Shown here: in pieces, positions 62,995 through 64,000 of the stretch | How positions within the stretch are numbered: position 1 is the stretch's first letter | How the letters are laid out: each line of letters opens with the position of its first letter | DNA from: Lama guanicoe | Lineage: Eukaryota | Length of the DNA: 64,000 nt | Assembly: GCA_013239625.1 (NCBI GenBank) | Contig: MU054220.1 | Location: forward strand, 7,351,367-7,415,366 | Reading direction: 5' to 3' | Notes under the pieces: model-generated | Told to the model about the DNA's origin: nothing | Databases searched by the model: none | Seen by the model: only the letters and a program-made list of their open reading frames with translations | Program-made: the position numbers and the translations under genes

Positions 62995-64000
62995 AAAAAG
63001 AAAACACTGGAAAAATGTTGACATGTGGCAAAAAAAAAAAAAGACAAATAAACCAATAGGAAAAATGGGCTAAGACCGTGGATAACAAATTCTTTAGTGA
63101 AGACATACAAAAAGATTGTTAAATACAGAAAAAGATGTTCAGCAGCCTCTCAGTTAAAGAAATTGACATCTAAAAAGGAGTGAAGTGTCATTTTTGCTTA
63201 TAAGATTGAAAAGATTGATAACATTCTGTGTTGACAAAGCTTTGGGATAGAAGCACTCTCATACTTTATTATTGGGGGTAAAAATTAATAAAAAATGTCG
63301 TCTTTATTCAGTGATGCTTTCTCAATGAGTTCTACCCTGAACACCCTGGAAAAAAATTGTGCTCATCCCACAACCCATCTCCCAACTCTGGGCTATTTAT
63401 TTTTGCCATAAAACTTACCACCATTACACATAATATGTAATACACTTATTTAACATTTTTTTTTCAAATTTCCTTTCTCCTCTTGATAGTATGTAAATTC
63501 CATGAACCTAGATATATTTTAATCTGCTTGATTCACTGATAAAACCTAAGCATCTAAAATCGTGCTCAGTACACAGAACATACACAGTGTTTGCTGAGTG
63601 AATGAAAAATGAATGGATAGACGGATGGATGAATAAATGACTATGTACTAAAACTGTGAATGTTCTTATGTTTTAACCCAGGAAGTTCAATTTTAGCAAG
63701 TTATCTTGAGAAAATCTACAGGTAAATGTTGCAGGAGTGTGTATTACAACGTTATTTACAACAAAAAACTTAATGTCCACTAATAAGAGATTAGTTTAGT
63801 AAATTGACATTACATACCAAGGATTGTAATAAAGCCATGAAAGACACCTACATCATAAATTAATACAGATAGGTGTCACAATAATCTATTATATTTGTTT
63901 AAAAAATCACAAATTAACAGATAAAATGTACAATATTTGTTGAAAGGTCTAGAAGGATATGTATCAGCCACTAAAGCTGGTTATCTCTTGTGTAAATATG
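62995..64000 (+). mobile_element. Very old L1 (L1ME-like) fragments flanking an L2 3' end
   Basis: 'aaccaataggaaaaatgggctaagac...gaaaaagatgttcagc' and 'aatgtccactaataagagattag...aaaggtctagaagg'. Confidence 0.6.
63305..63640 (+). mobile_element. L2 3' end
   Basis: 'atgtaaattccatgaa...gattcactgat...gtgctcagtacacag...tttgctgagtgaatgaa...gatggatgaataaatga'. Confidence 0.75.

Overview
Mammalian (eutherian) genomic DNA, AT-rich and repeat-rich; probably a camelid, because it carries tRNA-Ala-derived SINEs resembling the camelid Vic family and I recognise no Alu, B1/B2, Bov-tA/BovB or PRE-1. The only protein-coding feature I can support is the single coding exon of LRRC4C (NGL-1, netrin-G1 ligand; 6994-8916, +). 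It is preceded by the 3' end of the last intron (acceptor AG at 6950-6951) and followed by a short 3'UTR and about 55 kb of gene-free sequence. That sequence is a layered record of transposons: ancient MIR, L2, MER5/45/58/81, Tigger7/MER44 and MLT1/MLT2 relics; three ERV1-type solo LTRs with intact TG...CA ends and 4-bp TSDs (one of them in the last intron); short SINEs; and a young, 5'-truncated L1 with an open ORF2 C-terminus nested in an old L1. The most notable observations are an out-of-frame AUG overlapping the LRRC4C start, the L1-in-L1 insertion near its homologous position, a probable micro-inversion splitting an MLT1 LTR, 284-bp and 45-bp tandem duplications, and an internally deleted SINE with a perfect 15-bp TSD. 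I found no evidence of a wholly novel multi-gene system. Repeat family names are from recalled consensus similarity and need RepeatMasker/Dfam confirmation; boundaries of old repeats are approximate.
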